Source: Nostoc sp.
Lineage (GTDB): Bacteria; Cyanobacteriota; Cyanobacteriia; Cyanobacteriales; Nostocaceae
NCBI GenBank assembly: GCA_036918135.1
Contig: JBALDB010000054.1
Span: 93,423-157,422 of the forward strand
Length of the DNA stretch: 64,000 nucleotides
Reading direction: 5' to 3'
Shown: one piece after another, positions 1 through 9,038 of the stretch
How the letters are laid out: each line of letters starts with the position of its first letter
How positions within the stretch are numbered: the stretch's first letter is position 1
The notes under the pieces: generated by a model
Database searches by the model: none
Seen by the model: only the letters and a program-made list of their open reading frames with translations
What the model was told of the DNA's origin: nothing
Made by a program: the position numbers and the translations under genes

Positions 1-1
1 T

Positions 2-2383
2 GCCGTAAATTCACTAGCCCAAGGTCAGGGCGGTAACATTAATATTGAAGCGCGAACCCTCTCTGTATTAGATGGCTCTCAATTAATTACCAGTACCTTG
101 AGCAATGGTAAAGCAGGTGATATCACTGTCAGTACAAAAGAAGGCATTATCATCTCTGGAGTTGACTTTGGTTTCATCCCAACTCAACTAAATGTCTCAG
201 TTGGTAATCCTCCTCCCACAAATGAAGTGGAGCCGAATGACTCATCACAGCAAGCACAGCAGATAACTCAGTTTTTCTTAAATAGTAGCGATAATATTAA
301 TCCCAACGTTAGATTTTCCACTAGAATTCCCTATGCATCCATTGCTGGTGAAGGTACACCTATTGAAGATAGTGAGGGTAATGTTGAAAAGGAGTCTGAC
401 TTCTACTCCTTTGAAGTGAAAGCAGGCACTCGGGCAATATTTGCTTATCCTTCCGATCAGGTGTTTATTAAGCTTTTAGATGGTAATGGAAATGAGTTGA
501 AACTAAATAATGTTACTGAAAGACTTAGCGATGACTCTGCAAATTTTTATGATAAATATACTTTTACAGAGTCTGGCACTTACTTTATTAAGTTGCAATC
601 AGATCGGCCAGACACTATTCCATACACTCTCAACATCTCACTAGAAACACCAAATGTAACAACTAATGTTGACAATGGAATCCTTGCCAGTGGGCTATTT
701 GCCAAAACTCAAGGTACGGGAGTGGCTGGGAACATCACAATTAATAGCCCACAATTAACTATCCAAAATGGAGGCAATATCTCTGCAACTGCAACTGAAA
801 CTGCTACCAGTACAGCACGAGGCGGTAATATTACAGTCAATTCCTCTCAATTAAATCTATCGGGCAATACCAGTGGCTTATTCGCCCTCACACAAGGATC
901 TGCACCTGCCGGGTCATTAAAGTTACAGCCCTATGAAAACGGGCAGGCCTTAACAGTCAATCTTCGAGATCAGGCACAAATATCTGCTTCCACGTCTGGT
1001 AGTGGACAGGGAGGTACTCTAACAGTGACTGCCCCTGAGTCTATTAATTTAAGTGGTAATGGGACTCTGGCAGCTACAGCTGAAGCTACTAGTAGTGGAC
1101 AAGCTGGAGATGTACTTCTAGCAACAGAAAAACTCAATATTGGCAACGGAATACAGGTGTCTGCGGCGACGAATTCTACTAACCCCACAGCTAACGGAGG
1201 TGAGCTAACTGTGCAAACTGCACAATTAAACTTGACAGATGGCAGCATTTTAGAAGCAGGGACAACAGGAGCTGCACCAGGCGGTAACTTGATAATTCAA
1301 CCGAATAATAATGGACAGACTTTAGCAGTCAATTTCTCAGGCAAATCAAAGGCATCGGCTGCAACTTCTGGTAGTGGGAAGGGAGGAACCCTGAATGTAA
1401 CTGCTCCGGGATCGATTACCCTAACTGGCGATGGTTCGCTGATTTCGGCTGAAACAACAGGTAGTGGTGCAGGTGGCGATTTGACTCTGCAAACAGGAGA
1501 TTTAACGATTCGAGATGGGGCACAAGTAAGTGTCAGTAGTACAAATTCGGGAACAGCTGGTTCATTATTTGTAACAGCTGACTCCATCAGTCTCTACAAT
1601 GGAGCAAAAATTAATGCAGACACTACAGGTGGAGGAGGAAATATCTTTTTACGTACTCCCTTGTTGTTATTACGCAATGGCAGTACCATAACTACCAACG
1701 CCACTGGCGCAAATATTCCCGGAGGCAACATTAATATTGATGCCAAAAATGGTTTCATCATTGCTGTTCCCCAAGAAAATAGCGATATCAGTGCTAATTC
1801 TCTAGACTTTCGTGGTGGTAATGTGAATATCAATGCTCAAGGGATTTTTGGAACTCAGTTTCGCACTTTCCCAACTTCAGCAAGTGATATTACTGCTACA
1901 GGGGTAAATCCGCAGTTGAATGGCTCAGTGCAAATCAATACACCAGATGTAGATCCTAACAACGGATTAGTGGAATTGCCAGCCAATTTTATAGATCGTT
2001 CTGGTTTGATTGCTCAAGGCTGTCCAGCCTCTAAAGGCAATTCATTTACCATTGCTGGGCGCGGCGGTTTACCACCTCTACCAACCCAAGCACTTGGCAC
2101 TAATCAAACTGCAACTGTTGATTGGGTGACATTAAATCTTCAAGAACAAAGAAATACAAATGTAGAAAGAAGTCCACATTTAGGAAGGGGTCTGTCGCAT
2201 AAAAACCGTGACCTAGAAGTTAAAAAAATTAATACCCCGATTATGGAAGCTACTAATTGGGTAATTAACAAGTTCGGTGCAGTGGAGTTAACAGCTTCTG
2301 CACCCATAGCCACGCAGACAAATGCTTTTAATTCAGAGATTGCAGCTTGTCCATCCCAAGCCGCCGCCACTATTCAAAAATAA
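2..2383 (+). CDS. Filamentous haemagglutinin-family / TpsA-like beta-helical exoprotein, 5'-partial, with an internal PPC-like domain
   Basis: The frame is open from base 2 (AVNSLAQGQGGNINIEARTL...), so the gene starts before the window. It has repeated G-x-G-G-N/D-I-T-I/V beta-helix units and the typical cyanobacterial C-terminus (ENSDISANS...GGNVNINAQGIFG...SDITA...INTPDVDP..GLVELP...C....NSFTIAGRGGLPP...EATNWVINKFGAVEL). Confidence 0.88.
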   Translation, partial: AVNSLAQGQGGNINIEARTLSVLDGSQLITSTLSNGKAGDITVSTKEGIIISGVDFGFIPTQLNVSVGNPPPTNEVEPNDSSQQAQQITQFFLNSSDNINPNVRFSTRIPYASIAGEGTPIEDSEGNVEKESDFYSFEVKAGTRAIFAYPSDQVFIKLLDGNGNELKLNNVTERLSDDSANFYDKYTFTESGTYFIKLQSDRPDTIPYTLNISLETPNVTTNVDNGILASGLFAKTQGTGVAGNITINSPQLTIQNGGNISATATETATSTARGGNITVNSSQLNLSGNTSGLFALTQGSAPAGSLKLQPYENGQALTVNLRDQAQISASTSGSGQGGTLTVTAPESINLSGNGTLAATAEATSSGQAGDVLLATEKLNIGNGIQVSAATNSTNPTANGGELTVQTAQLNLTDGSILEAGTTGAAPGGNLIIQPNNNGQTLAVNFSGKSKASAATSGSGKGGTLNVTAPGSITLTGDGSLISAETTGSGAGGDLTLQTGDLTIRDGAQVSVSSTNSGTAGSLFVTADSISLYNGAKINADTTGGGGNIFLRTPLLLLRNGSTITTNATGANIPGGNINIDAKNGFIIAVPQENSDISANSLDFRGGNVNINAQGIFGTQFRTFPTSASDITATGVNPQLNGSVQINTPDVDPNNGLVELPANFIDRSGLIAQGCPASKGNSFTIAGRGGLPPLPTQALGTNQTATVDWVTLNLQEQRNTNVERSPHLGRGLSHKNRDLEVKKINTPIMEATNWVINKFGAVELTASAPIATQTNAFNSEIAACPSQAAATIQK

Positions 2384-2503
2384 TGCAAGTTGCTTTTGTG
2401 TAACCTGAAGATTAAGAGAAGCCCAAACATACCAATTCTCTAAAATCCAACAACAGATTAAAATCTTTAAATCTAGATTGAAATAGGCTTTCTTGATTAC
2501 AAA

Positions 2504-3202
2504 TTACAAGTTAGATAGTTCATCGAACCAACTTTCAAGTTGTAAATGCAAGCGATAACTAAAAACTTCCTTTTTAGAATCGATATGGGACAGTAGTGTA
2601 AAAGCACGATTATAAGCAGCGATCGCACAATTCCAATCACCCCAAAGATGATAAGTTTTACCATATTCAGCCCAAATGTAAGCTTCTAGTTGACCGAAAA
2701 GTAGCGCTATCTCAAAATTCTCAATTGCCTCTTCGTATTGCCCTAAGTCACGTAAGGTAATGCCTCTATTAATTCTAGCTCGAACATAGGTAGGATTTAA
2801 ATCAATTGCTTGGTCGTAGTCGGCAAGTGCTGCTGCTAAGTCTCCACAATCAACATAGTAATTTGCTCGATTATTGTAAGCAGCCACTAACTTGGGATTC
2901 ATTTGTAGAGCAGTGTTATAGTCACAAAATGCTTTTTGTTTTTCTCCAATCTGAAAATAAATTAGTCCTCGGTTGTTAAAATCGATGGCATTAGTAGAAT
3001 GGCAGTAAATTAGCTGATTAAAAAAGGCGATCGCTTGACTGTAATATCCTTCTTTAACTAACTTCAAAGCACTAGAGCGTAAATATCTTTTATCAAAAAC
3101 TAATTTACTACTTCTTTGTATACGATGCTCTATAGCATTAATCGTAGTACTAACAACATCACAATAATTATTTTGCTCAATTTTAGAAGCCAGAGTTGAC
3201 AT
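2504..3202 (-). CDS. Tetratricopeptide repeat protein
   Basis: Tandem TPR motifs (FNNRGLIY...AYNNRANYY...DYDQAIDLNP...ARINRGITL). Confidence 0.85.
   Translation of the reverse strand: MSTLASKIEQNNYCDVVSTTINAIEHRIQRSSKLVFDKRYLRSSALKLVKEGYYSQAIAFFNQLIYCHSTNAIDFNNRGLIYFQIGEKQKAFCDYNTALQMNPKLVAAYNNRANYYVDCGDLAAALADYDQAIDLNPTYVRARINRGITLRDLGQYEEAIENFEIALLFGQLEAYIWAEYGKTYHLWGDWNCAIAAYNRAFTLLSHIDSKKEVFSYRLHLQLESWFDELSNL
2619..2626. repeat. HIP1 octamer GCGATCGC (example; recurs throughout the window)
   Basis: Many exact copies in genes and intergenic DNA, as is characteristic of cyanobacteria. Confidence 0.9.
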
Positions 3203-3232
3203 ATATTTATCTTAATGATGTGAAACTTTATT

Positions 3233-3271
3233 TCTATATGTTTATGGGTATCAGCGAATCAATATTATGCA
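3233..3271 (-). promoter_or_regulatory. Conserved motif copy 1 (TGCATAA-N16-CCCATA-N5-ATAGA) upstream of the TPR gene
   Basis: The minus strand reads TGCATAA tattgattcgctgata CCCATA aacat ATAGA, about 30 bp upstream of the ATG at 3202. The same motif occurs at 8780-8819 and 10208-10247. Confidence 0.65.
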
Positions 3272-3521
3272 ACTAACAAGAAAAAATTAAACGGCTTGAT
3301 TTGAAAAAATTTTTAAATTATCTGTTATGTTTTGTGAAGATATAAAGAAAATATATTTTTACTCGATATGAAATAAAAGTATGATAATGAGTACTTAGTA
3401 GTGGGCAATGACTACTCTTTAGTATGGCTGTATACGTTTGAGCAAGGTAACACCAGATATTCGACTCATAGATTGCTCATGTCAAGCTGCCATTAGTCAA
3501 AATTAGTACGAGGCAGAGTCA

Positions 3522-6290
3522 ATGACAAAAAAAAGATTTCAATTTTTCCTTATATTAAAGCGGTTTCTAAAAAGTACGAGCGTGACTTACAATCGCTTTT
3601 ATTTTAAGAAGTGGTTAAGAACAATTATAATAGCTGTCTTAGTTGCCTTGTTAAGCGTTTGGGGAATTCCATTTCCTGCTTTTTCTCAATTTCCTCAGAC
3701 TCAACCAAATGCTCAACAATTGGTTGAACAAGGTCGAAAACTCTACGAAACTGGACAGTTATCGGAAGCAGTGACAGTTTTGCAACAAGCAACAGATACT
3801 TTCAATCTGCAAAAGGATGAATTAGGAAAAGCGATCGCACTTAGCAATCTTTCGTTAGTCTTTAAGCAACTCGGACAGTGGGAAAAAGCAGAAGCTGCAA
3901 TTACACAAAGCCTCAACCTCTTAACAAACTCACACCTCAAAACTCAGAACTCAGCACTAATTTTGGCACAAACCCTAGATATTCAAGGAAATCTGCAATT
4001 AGAACTAGGTAGAAGCGAACAAGCTTTAGACTCATGGAAGCAATCTGCTAATACCTATGCTCAAGCAGGTGATGAGGTTGGTACAATACGCAGTTTGATC
4101 AATCAAAGCATGGCACAGGAGGCTTTAGGGCTTTACCGTCAAGCTCGTAGCACCTTAGAAGAATTGCAACCCCGCCTTGAAAAACAACCAGATTCGCTTG
4201 TTAAAGCTATGGCTTTACGTAGCTTTGGTGATGTTCTGCAATTAGTCGGTGATTTAGAACCATCCTTTAAGGTTTTACAACAAAGTCGAGACATTGCCAA
4301 AAAATTGCAATCTCCTTCAGAAATCAGCGCTACGTTGCTGAGTTTAGGTAATACCGCCCTAGCATTAGGTAACGGACAAATTTCGCAGCAAGACAGTACC
4401 AGTTTGGAAAACTATACTCCCTTGCATTGTACAAACAGACCTGTCTCTACAGAATCTCTCAAGTTTTATCAACAAGCAGCACAATTTTATGAAGAAGCTG
4501 TCACCACAGCAACCTCACCACTCTCACAAATCCAAGCCCAACTCAATAATTTAAGTGTATTGTTGAAACTTCAGCAATGGTCACAAGCCAAGCAATTATC
4601 TTCCCAAATTCAAGTAAAGCTAGCCAAAATACCCCCAAGTCACACAGCAAATTACGCACAAATTAATTTTGCTGAGAACTTGGTGTGCTTGAAACAAGCT
4701 ACCAACGCAGATATTCCTTCATGGAAAGAAATTGCTCAAATTTTAGCGACATCTGTACAGCAGGCTAGAAGCATTGATGATGAACGTTCAGTTGCTTATG
4801 CTTTAGGCGCATTGGGTGGATTATATCTAGAAAACCAGGATATAGCTAATGCTGAAAAACTGACCGAGCAAGCCTTAATCCAAGCTCAAGCAATAAAAGC
4901 TGGCGATATAGCTTATTTATGGCAATGGCAACTAGGATACATATTGAGAATAAAACAAGATGTGGCTGGGGCGATCGCATCTTACACTGAAGCAGTAAAT
5001 ACTCTCAAATATCTCCGCAATGACTTAATTGCTCTCAATCCAGATGTCCAGTTTTCCTTTCGAGATAACATAGAACCCGTTTACCGACAATTAATTGATT
5101 TACTTTTGCAACCCACATTTACAGCAAGTACAAAAGAAAACATTAGTCAAGAAAATTTAAAGCAAGCTCGTGGCATACTTGAAACACTGCAACTAGCTGA
5201 ACTAGAAAACTTCTTCCGAGAAGCTTGTTTAAAAGCCGCACCCGAACAAATTGATGAGATTGTTGACAAAACGGATGCTACAGCAGCAGTAATTTATCCG
5301 ATTATTTTAGCAGACCGTCTAGATGTTATTCTCAAGTTACCAAATCAAGCTGAATTATCTCATTACACAATTAATAAAAAAGCAAGTGAAGTTGAAAGTA
5401 TTTTAGATAAATTACAACAATATTTGAGACAACCAGACCGGATAAAAGATGTTAATCAGTTATCTCAACAGGTTTATAGCTGGCTAATTCAACCGTTAGA
5501 ACTTGAATTAGAAAGAAAGAATATAAAAACCCTAGTATTTGTCCTAGATGGGGAGTTACGTAATATTCCGATGGCAGTTTTATACGATAATAAACACCAA
5601 AAGTATTTAATTCAAAAATATGCTATATCCTTAGCTCCAGGTTTGCAATTAATTGAACCCAAATCTTTACAAAAAATCCAATTGAATGGATTAATTGCTG
5701 GAGTCAGCGAACAACGTAAAATAGAAGGACGTTCATTTACTCCACTTAAAAATGTAAAAGTTGAATTACAACAAATTCAGTCAGCTATACCTAGAAATGC
5801 AGAACTATTTAATCAAACCTTTACTAAAATAAATTTACAGAATCAAATTAAAAAAGTACCATATACAGTAGTTCATATAGCAACTCATGGCGAGTTTAGT
5901 TCTAATCCCGATCAAACATTTATTTTAACTTGGGAGCAACTCTTAAAAGTCAAGGACTTTGATAATTTAATTCGACTCAGCGGACAAAGAGAATCTAAAG
6001 CTATTGAATTACTTGTCTTAAGTGCTTGTGAAACCGCTCAAGGAGACAACCGAGCTACTTTAGGACTTGCTGGCATAGCAGTACGTGCAGGCGCTCGTAG
6101 TACACTAGCAACTTTGTGGGCTATAGATGATGAATCTACTGCTGAATTTATGAGTCAGTTTTATCAAGAATTAGAAAATAACAAAGTAACTAAAGCTGAA
6201 GCTGTCCGTCGCGCTCAACTTAAGCTGTTGAATGATTATGAAATCCCTTATTTATGGGCACCATATATATTAGTGGGAAACTGGCTTTAA
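3522..6290 (+). CDS. TPR-CHAT (caspase/HetF-like) protease with N-terminal signal peptide/anchor
   Basis: Hydrophobic N-terminus (IIIAVLVALLSVWGIPFPAFS) and a TPR region. The CHAT motifs LVFVLDGELRNIPM, VHIATHG (His), LVLSACETA (Cys), ARSTLATLW and YLWAPYILVGNWL are present. Confidence 0.92.
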   Translation: MTKKRFQFFLILKRFLKSTSVTYNRFYFKKWLRTIIIAVLVALLSVWGIPFPAFSQFPQTQPNAQQLVEQGRKLYETGQLSEAVTVLQQATDTFNLQKDELGKAIALSNLSLVFKQLGQWEKAEAAITQSLNLLTNSHLKTQNSALILAQTLDIQGNLQLELGRSEQALDSWKQSANTYAQAGDEVGTIRSLINQSMAQEALGLYRQARSTLEELQPRLEKQPDSLVKAMALRSFGDVLQLVGDLEPSFKVLQQSRDIAKKLQSPSEISATLLSLGNTALALGNGQISQQDSTSLENYTPLHCTNRPVSTESLKFYQQAAQFYEEAVTTATSPLSQIQAQLNNLSVLLKLQQWSQAKQLSSQIQVKLAKIPPSHTANYAQINFAENLVCLKQATNADIPSWKEIAQILATSVQQARSIDDERSVAYALGALGGLYLENQDIANAEKLTEQALIQAQAIKAGDIAYLWQWQLGYILRIKQDVAGAIASYTEAVNTLKYLRNDLIALNPDVQFSFRDNIEPVYRQLIDLLLQPTFTASTKENISQENLKQARGILETLQLAELENFFREACLKAAPEQIDEIVDKTDATAAVIYPIILADRLDVILKLPNQAELSHYTINKKASEVESILDKLQQYLRQPDRIKDVNQLSQQVYSWLIQPLELELERKNIKTLVFVLDGELRNIPMAVLYDNKHQKYLIQKYAISLAPGLQLIEPKSLQKIQLNGLIAGVSEQRKIEGRSFTPLKNVKVELQQIQSAIPRNAELFNQTFTKINLQNQIKKVPYTVVHIATHGEFSSNPDQTFILTWEQLLKVKDFDNLIRLSGQRESKAIELLVLSACETAQGDNRATLGLAGIAVRAGARSTLATLWAIDDESTAEFMSQFYQELENNKVTKAEAVRRAQLKLLNDYEIPYLWAPYILVGNWL

Positions 6291-6329
6291 AAGGACTTTA
6301 ACTATCGCTAATTGAAAATAATTTATAAG

Positions 6330-6902
6330 TTAGGGAATTCTTGCTTGTTGGAAGATTTGTTGAGGTGTAATTTGTAGACCTTCAAATAAGGAATCTTCTA
6401 AACTATCAGTATCTCGCTTAGTTTGAGGGAGACTATCTGGATAAAAAATAGTAATAGTTTTTGCTTTAGTATCAATAACCCAAACTCTTGGAATTTTAGC
6501 TTTGAGATAATCAGTTGCTTTTTCTGTCATTTCTCCGAAAGTTTGACCAGGAGAGATAATTTCAATGACTAATTCAGGTGCAACTGGACAAGCCTCATCT
6601 TGCAACCAATCAGCAGAAAGACGGTTATATGAAACATATGTCAAATCTGCCACAGGAACCCAGTCTTGTTGATTCCGTGTTAGCTTAATTCCCCATTCAA
6701 TTACAACCCGCCCCTTTCCTTGTGCCCATGCAGACAATAGTAGAAATAACGCACCTGTTAGAGAACTATGAAAAAATTTGGGTGACATTTCATCGTTTTT
6801 AAATTTAGGAACAGCTTCTCCGTCAATTAGTTCGTAGGTGATGTCTCCTTCAGGAAGTTCAAGAAATTCTTCAAGGGTAAGTTGGGTTTTGAGTTTTATC
6901 AT
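6330..6902 (-). CDS. Uma2 family (PD-(D/E)XK) endonuclease-like protein
   Basis: LTLEEFLELPE..YELIDG, DLTYVS, PELVIEIISP, VWVID motifs. Confidence 0.88.
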   Translation of the reverse strand: MIKLKTQLTLEEFLELPEGDITYELIDGEAVPKFKNDEMSPKFFHSSLTGALFLLLSAWAQGKGRVVIEWGIKLTRNQQDWVPVADLTYVSYNRLSADWLQDEACPVAPELVIEIISPGQTFGEMTEKATDYLKAKIPRVWVIDTKAKTITIFYPDSLPQTKRDTDSLEDSLFEGLQITPQQIFQQARIP

Positions 6903-6971
6903 GGTTGATTTCGGAGTTAGAGGATAACTCTATTTGAAATTTTTAATAATTACTAAAATTAATACCAAATT

Positions 6972-7145
6972 ATGAATCAAATTGAACTGGAGTGGCAGCA
7001 TCTCAAAAAAAGCGAACTAGCAGGAAAAATGTTTGACGACGAGTTAGACCTAGCCTATTCAGTAATTGATGGTGTTCAAGCTAGAGGAGAAAGAGGTAAC
7101 TACAGTACACAGCGTATTAAATTTAACTCTAACCATAGTTATTAA
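6972..7145 (+). pseudogene. C-terminal remnant of an IS630-family transposase
   Basis: Translates to MNQIELEWQHLKKSELAGKMFDDELDLAYSVIDGVQARGERGNYSTQRIKFNS*. This matches my recollection of the C-terminal N-x-I-E-x-x-W segment of cyanobacterial IS630 transposases; the N-terminal part is missing. Confidence 0.8.
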
Positions 7146-7218
7146 TTTTTCGTTACATAGTTGGAATTTCCGACCCAATTGCGGTTGTTCAAGATTTAGC
7201 GACAATCATCGTAAACGG

Positions 7219-7641
7219 TCATTCAGAAGTTGCACTTTGACCAATAATGCGAGCCTCCCGCACATAGTCAAAATCGCCCTCACCCGACCAAGCTTGTCCG
7301 TCAGGATAACGCAATTCTATTCCGGCGAGGTCTCTCTCATCCGCTAGCCGCATGTTGACGCCCATCAGGCTATCCCCAAACCTCGATACGGCGTTTGCGG
7401 TCAAAACCCAGTGAGTTGTTGAACCGCACTTTGTGCAGAACTGAATTTCCGCGGCCGGGTCGTCCTTGTCTTCCCTACAATATCCTTTTGCTGTTCCCTC
7501 AACGCTTACCTCCGACGGATGAAAATAGCCCCAGCGGGCGCCCGCTTTGCTGCATAGTGTGCAGTTGCACTCGTTGATGTAGTCCGGTTGCTTTTTGGTT
7601 TCGACGCGGATTTGGCCGCAAAGGCAGGAGAGCTTCAACAT
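7219..7641 (-). CDS. GFA family (Zn-binding, glutathione-dependent formaldehyde-activating/CENP-V-like) protein
   Basis: SCLCGQI, ECNCTLCSK and FCTKCGS Zn motifs; visibly GC-richer than its flanks. Confidence 0.88.
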   Translation of the reverse strand: MLKLSCLCGQIRVETKKQPDYINECNCTLCSKAGARWGYFHPSEVSVEGTAKGYCREDKDDPAAEIQFCTKCGSTTHWVLTANAVSRFGDSLMGVNMRLADERDLAGIELRYPDGQAWSGEGDFDYVREARIIGQSATSE

Positions 7642-7815
7642 CTTGTTACCTCAGTACATGTATTCTCCGTATTTATTTATCTTTACATAGTGTAGTTTTT
7701 TCACGCCGACTTACTTATATCACAGCACGAATAATTTAACTAAGATTCATTCTTTACTTACACAGAAGTCTCTCAGCTACGACTATCAGGTAATTATGCA
7801 GACAGGAAACTCCTT

Positions 7816-8586
7816 TTACTGTTTAATTTTGACTTGTCCTACAAGAGGTTTTTGAGCTAAATTCTCTAGTTCGACATTTTTTAGTAGTTTAGCCCATTCA
7901 TTATCTAGAGTGGCATTTTTTGGTTCAGTAAGGCGAAGTTTTGCTAACTCTGTCAGGGCTGAATACCAAATACCATTTTGGGTATATAGTTGAATGCGAT
8001 CGCTTTCTGTAATAGCTGTTTTTAACTGCCTTTCCAAGTTAGATGTTAAGGCTATACGTTCTACCCATCCGCGTACAAATACTGGGTCGAATTGTTGTTG
8101 ATGACAATAAACTTTAAAGTACCATTGATATGTTTTATTAACTTCCAGTGATACATCTGATGGTAAACTAAAGCTAACAATACCTGGTATTTCAGGTAGG
8201 GTAAAAGAAGCTCGGTAAATATCATTATTTGCTTCATCTTGCAAAACGAACTCTCCGCTAGGTACATCATTAGATTGATAAGGTACAAACACCCAAAAGG
8301 TGGTATTCTTTTCAACAACTAAACCCACTTTTTTTTCGGGTATCAAGGCTATAAGCGGTACTTCCACAGATGGACAGCTACCACGGCTTCCTGCTCCTCC
8401 TCGTTGAGAAGGTCTACCTCTACTCGATCCATCTTGTGGTGCTTGATTACCACTGCTAGCTGGCTGCTGAGACTTTGCTATCAATGTTAAAGGATAGCTA
8501 GTACAGGTAATCAGTGCTAAAAGTAGAATGATAATGAATTGACTTTCAGAAAGAGAAAAGATTTTGTTTATATTTTTTAATTTCAT
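7816..8586 (-). CDS. DUF928 domain exported protein
   Basis: Signal-like N-terminus, GRPSQRGGAGSRGSC..PLIALIP, TFWVFVPY, YQWYF, V.GWVER, NGIWYSALTELA, W..LL..V.L motifs typical of DUF928. Confidence 0.88.
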   Translation of the reverse strand: MKLKNINKIFSLSESQFIIILLLALITCTSYPLTLIAKSQQPASSGNQAPQDGSSRGRPSQRGGAGSRGSCPSVEVPLIALIPEKKVGLVVEKNTTFWVFVPYQSNDVPSGEFVLQDEANNDIYRASFTLPEIPGIVSFSLPSDVSLEVNKTYQWYFKVYCHQQQFDPVFVRGWVERIALTSNLERQLKTAITESDRIQLYTQNGIWYSALTELAKLRLTEPKNATLDNEWAKLLKNVELENLAQKPLVGQVKIKQ

Positions 8587-8779
8587 AGTTAGATATAAAT
8601 ACTCAATATTTTAGAATTATTGACATGAAATTCTCATAAATGCAAGTTCTATCAATAAGGATAAAGAGCGATAATGCTCCCAAACTCTGCATTTTAGTAC
8701 TTTTTGTGATTATTCGTTGTTCATTAGTCATTCTCCTGAGAAAAATTTGAAACTGAAGATTAGGCTGGTTTACTAACCT

Positions 8780-8819
8780 TCTATATTGTTAATGGGGAGA
8801 AGAAGGATTCAATTATGCA
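8780..8819 (-). promoter_or_regulatory. Conserved motif copy 2 (TGCATAA-N16-CCCATT-N6-ATAGA) upstream of DUF928
   Basis: The minus strand reads TGCATAA ttgaatccttcttctc CCCATT aacaat ATAGA. Confidence 0.68.
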
Positions 8820-8943
8820 GTGATGAAACTACATTAGCTAAGACCTTGATTTTTTTAAATAATTGTAAATTGAGAGCTAGTAACGTATTTAGCTTTTCTT
8901 TTTTATCAATGTTAGTAGCAGTACACTAGACTACTGCAAAAAT

Positions 8944-8976
8944 AAATTCCCGGCTTTTTTAAAAAAGTCGGGAATC
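8944..8976. terminator. Palindromic REP-like hairpin / probable terminator downstream of the 9039-9665 gene
   Basis: ATTCCCGGCTTTTTTAAAAAAGTCGGGAAT is a near-perfect inverted repeat; a related hairpin lies at about 17959-17990. Confidence 0.55.
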
Positions 8977-9038
8977 TGCACGTATTAACTTTTTTAACTG
9001 TCGTTAAGACTCAATATTTGAGTGGTGAGTTCTAAAAA

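Larger units (their letters stand above)
6972..7717 (+). mobile_element. Degenerate IS630-like element enclosing a GFA cargo gene
   Basis: Transposase remnant, then the GFA gene, then TTTTTTCACGCCGACTTACTTA (7696-7717), which resembles cyanobacterial IS630 termini ending in TA. Confidence 0.55.

Noticed and set aside
970..2370. Short minus-strand ORFs within the haemagglutinin gene, and similar antisense/overlapping ORFs elsewhere (e.g. 16913-17350, 49505-49933, 57223-57633, 60608-61051)
   Set aside because: Shadow ORFs of well-supported genes, with no recognisable motifs.
6330..6902. Uma2 genes (also 20976-21560) as a defence system
   Set aside because: A highly expanded, dispersed family in cyanobacteria; no methylase or partner gene here.
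7794..7800. Fourth TGCATAA (minus strand) just downstream of DUF928
   Set aside because: There is no CCCAT box at +16 (it reads GCTGAG), so it is not counted as a motif copy; at most a decayed one.
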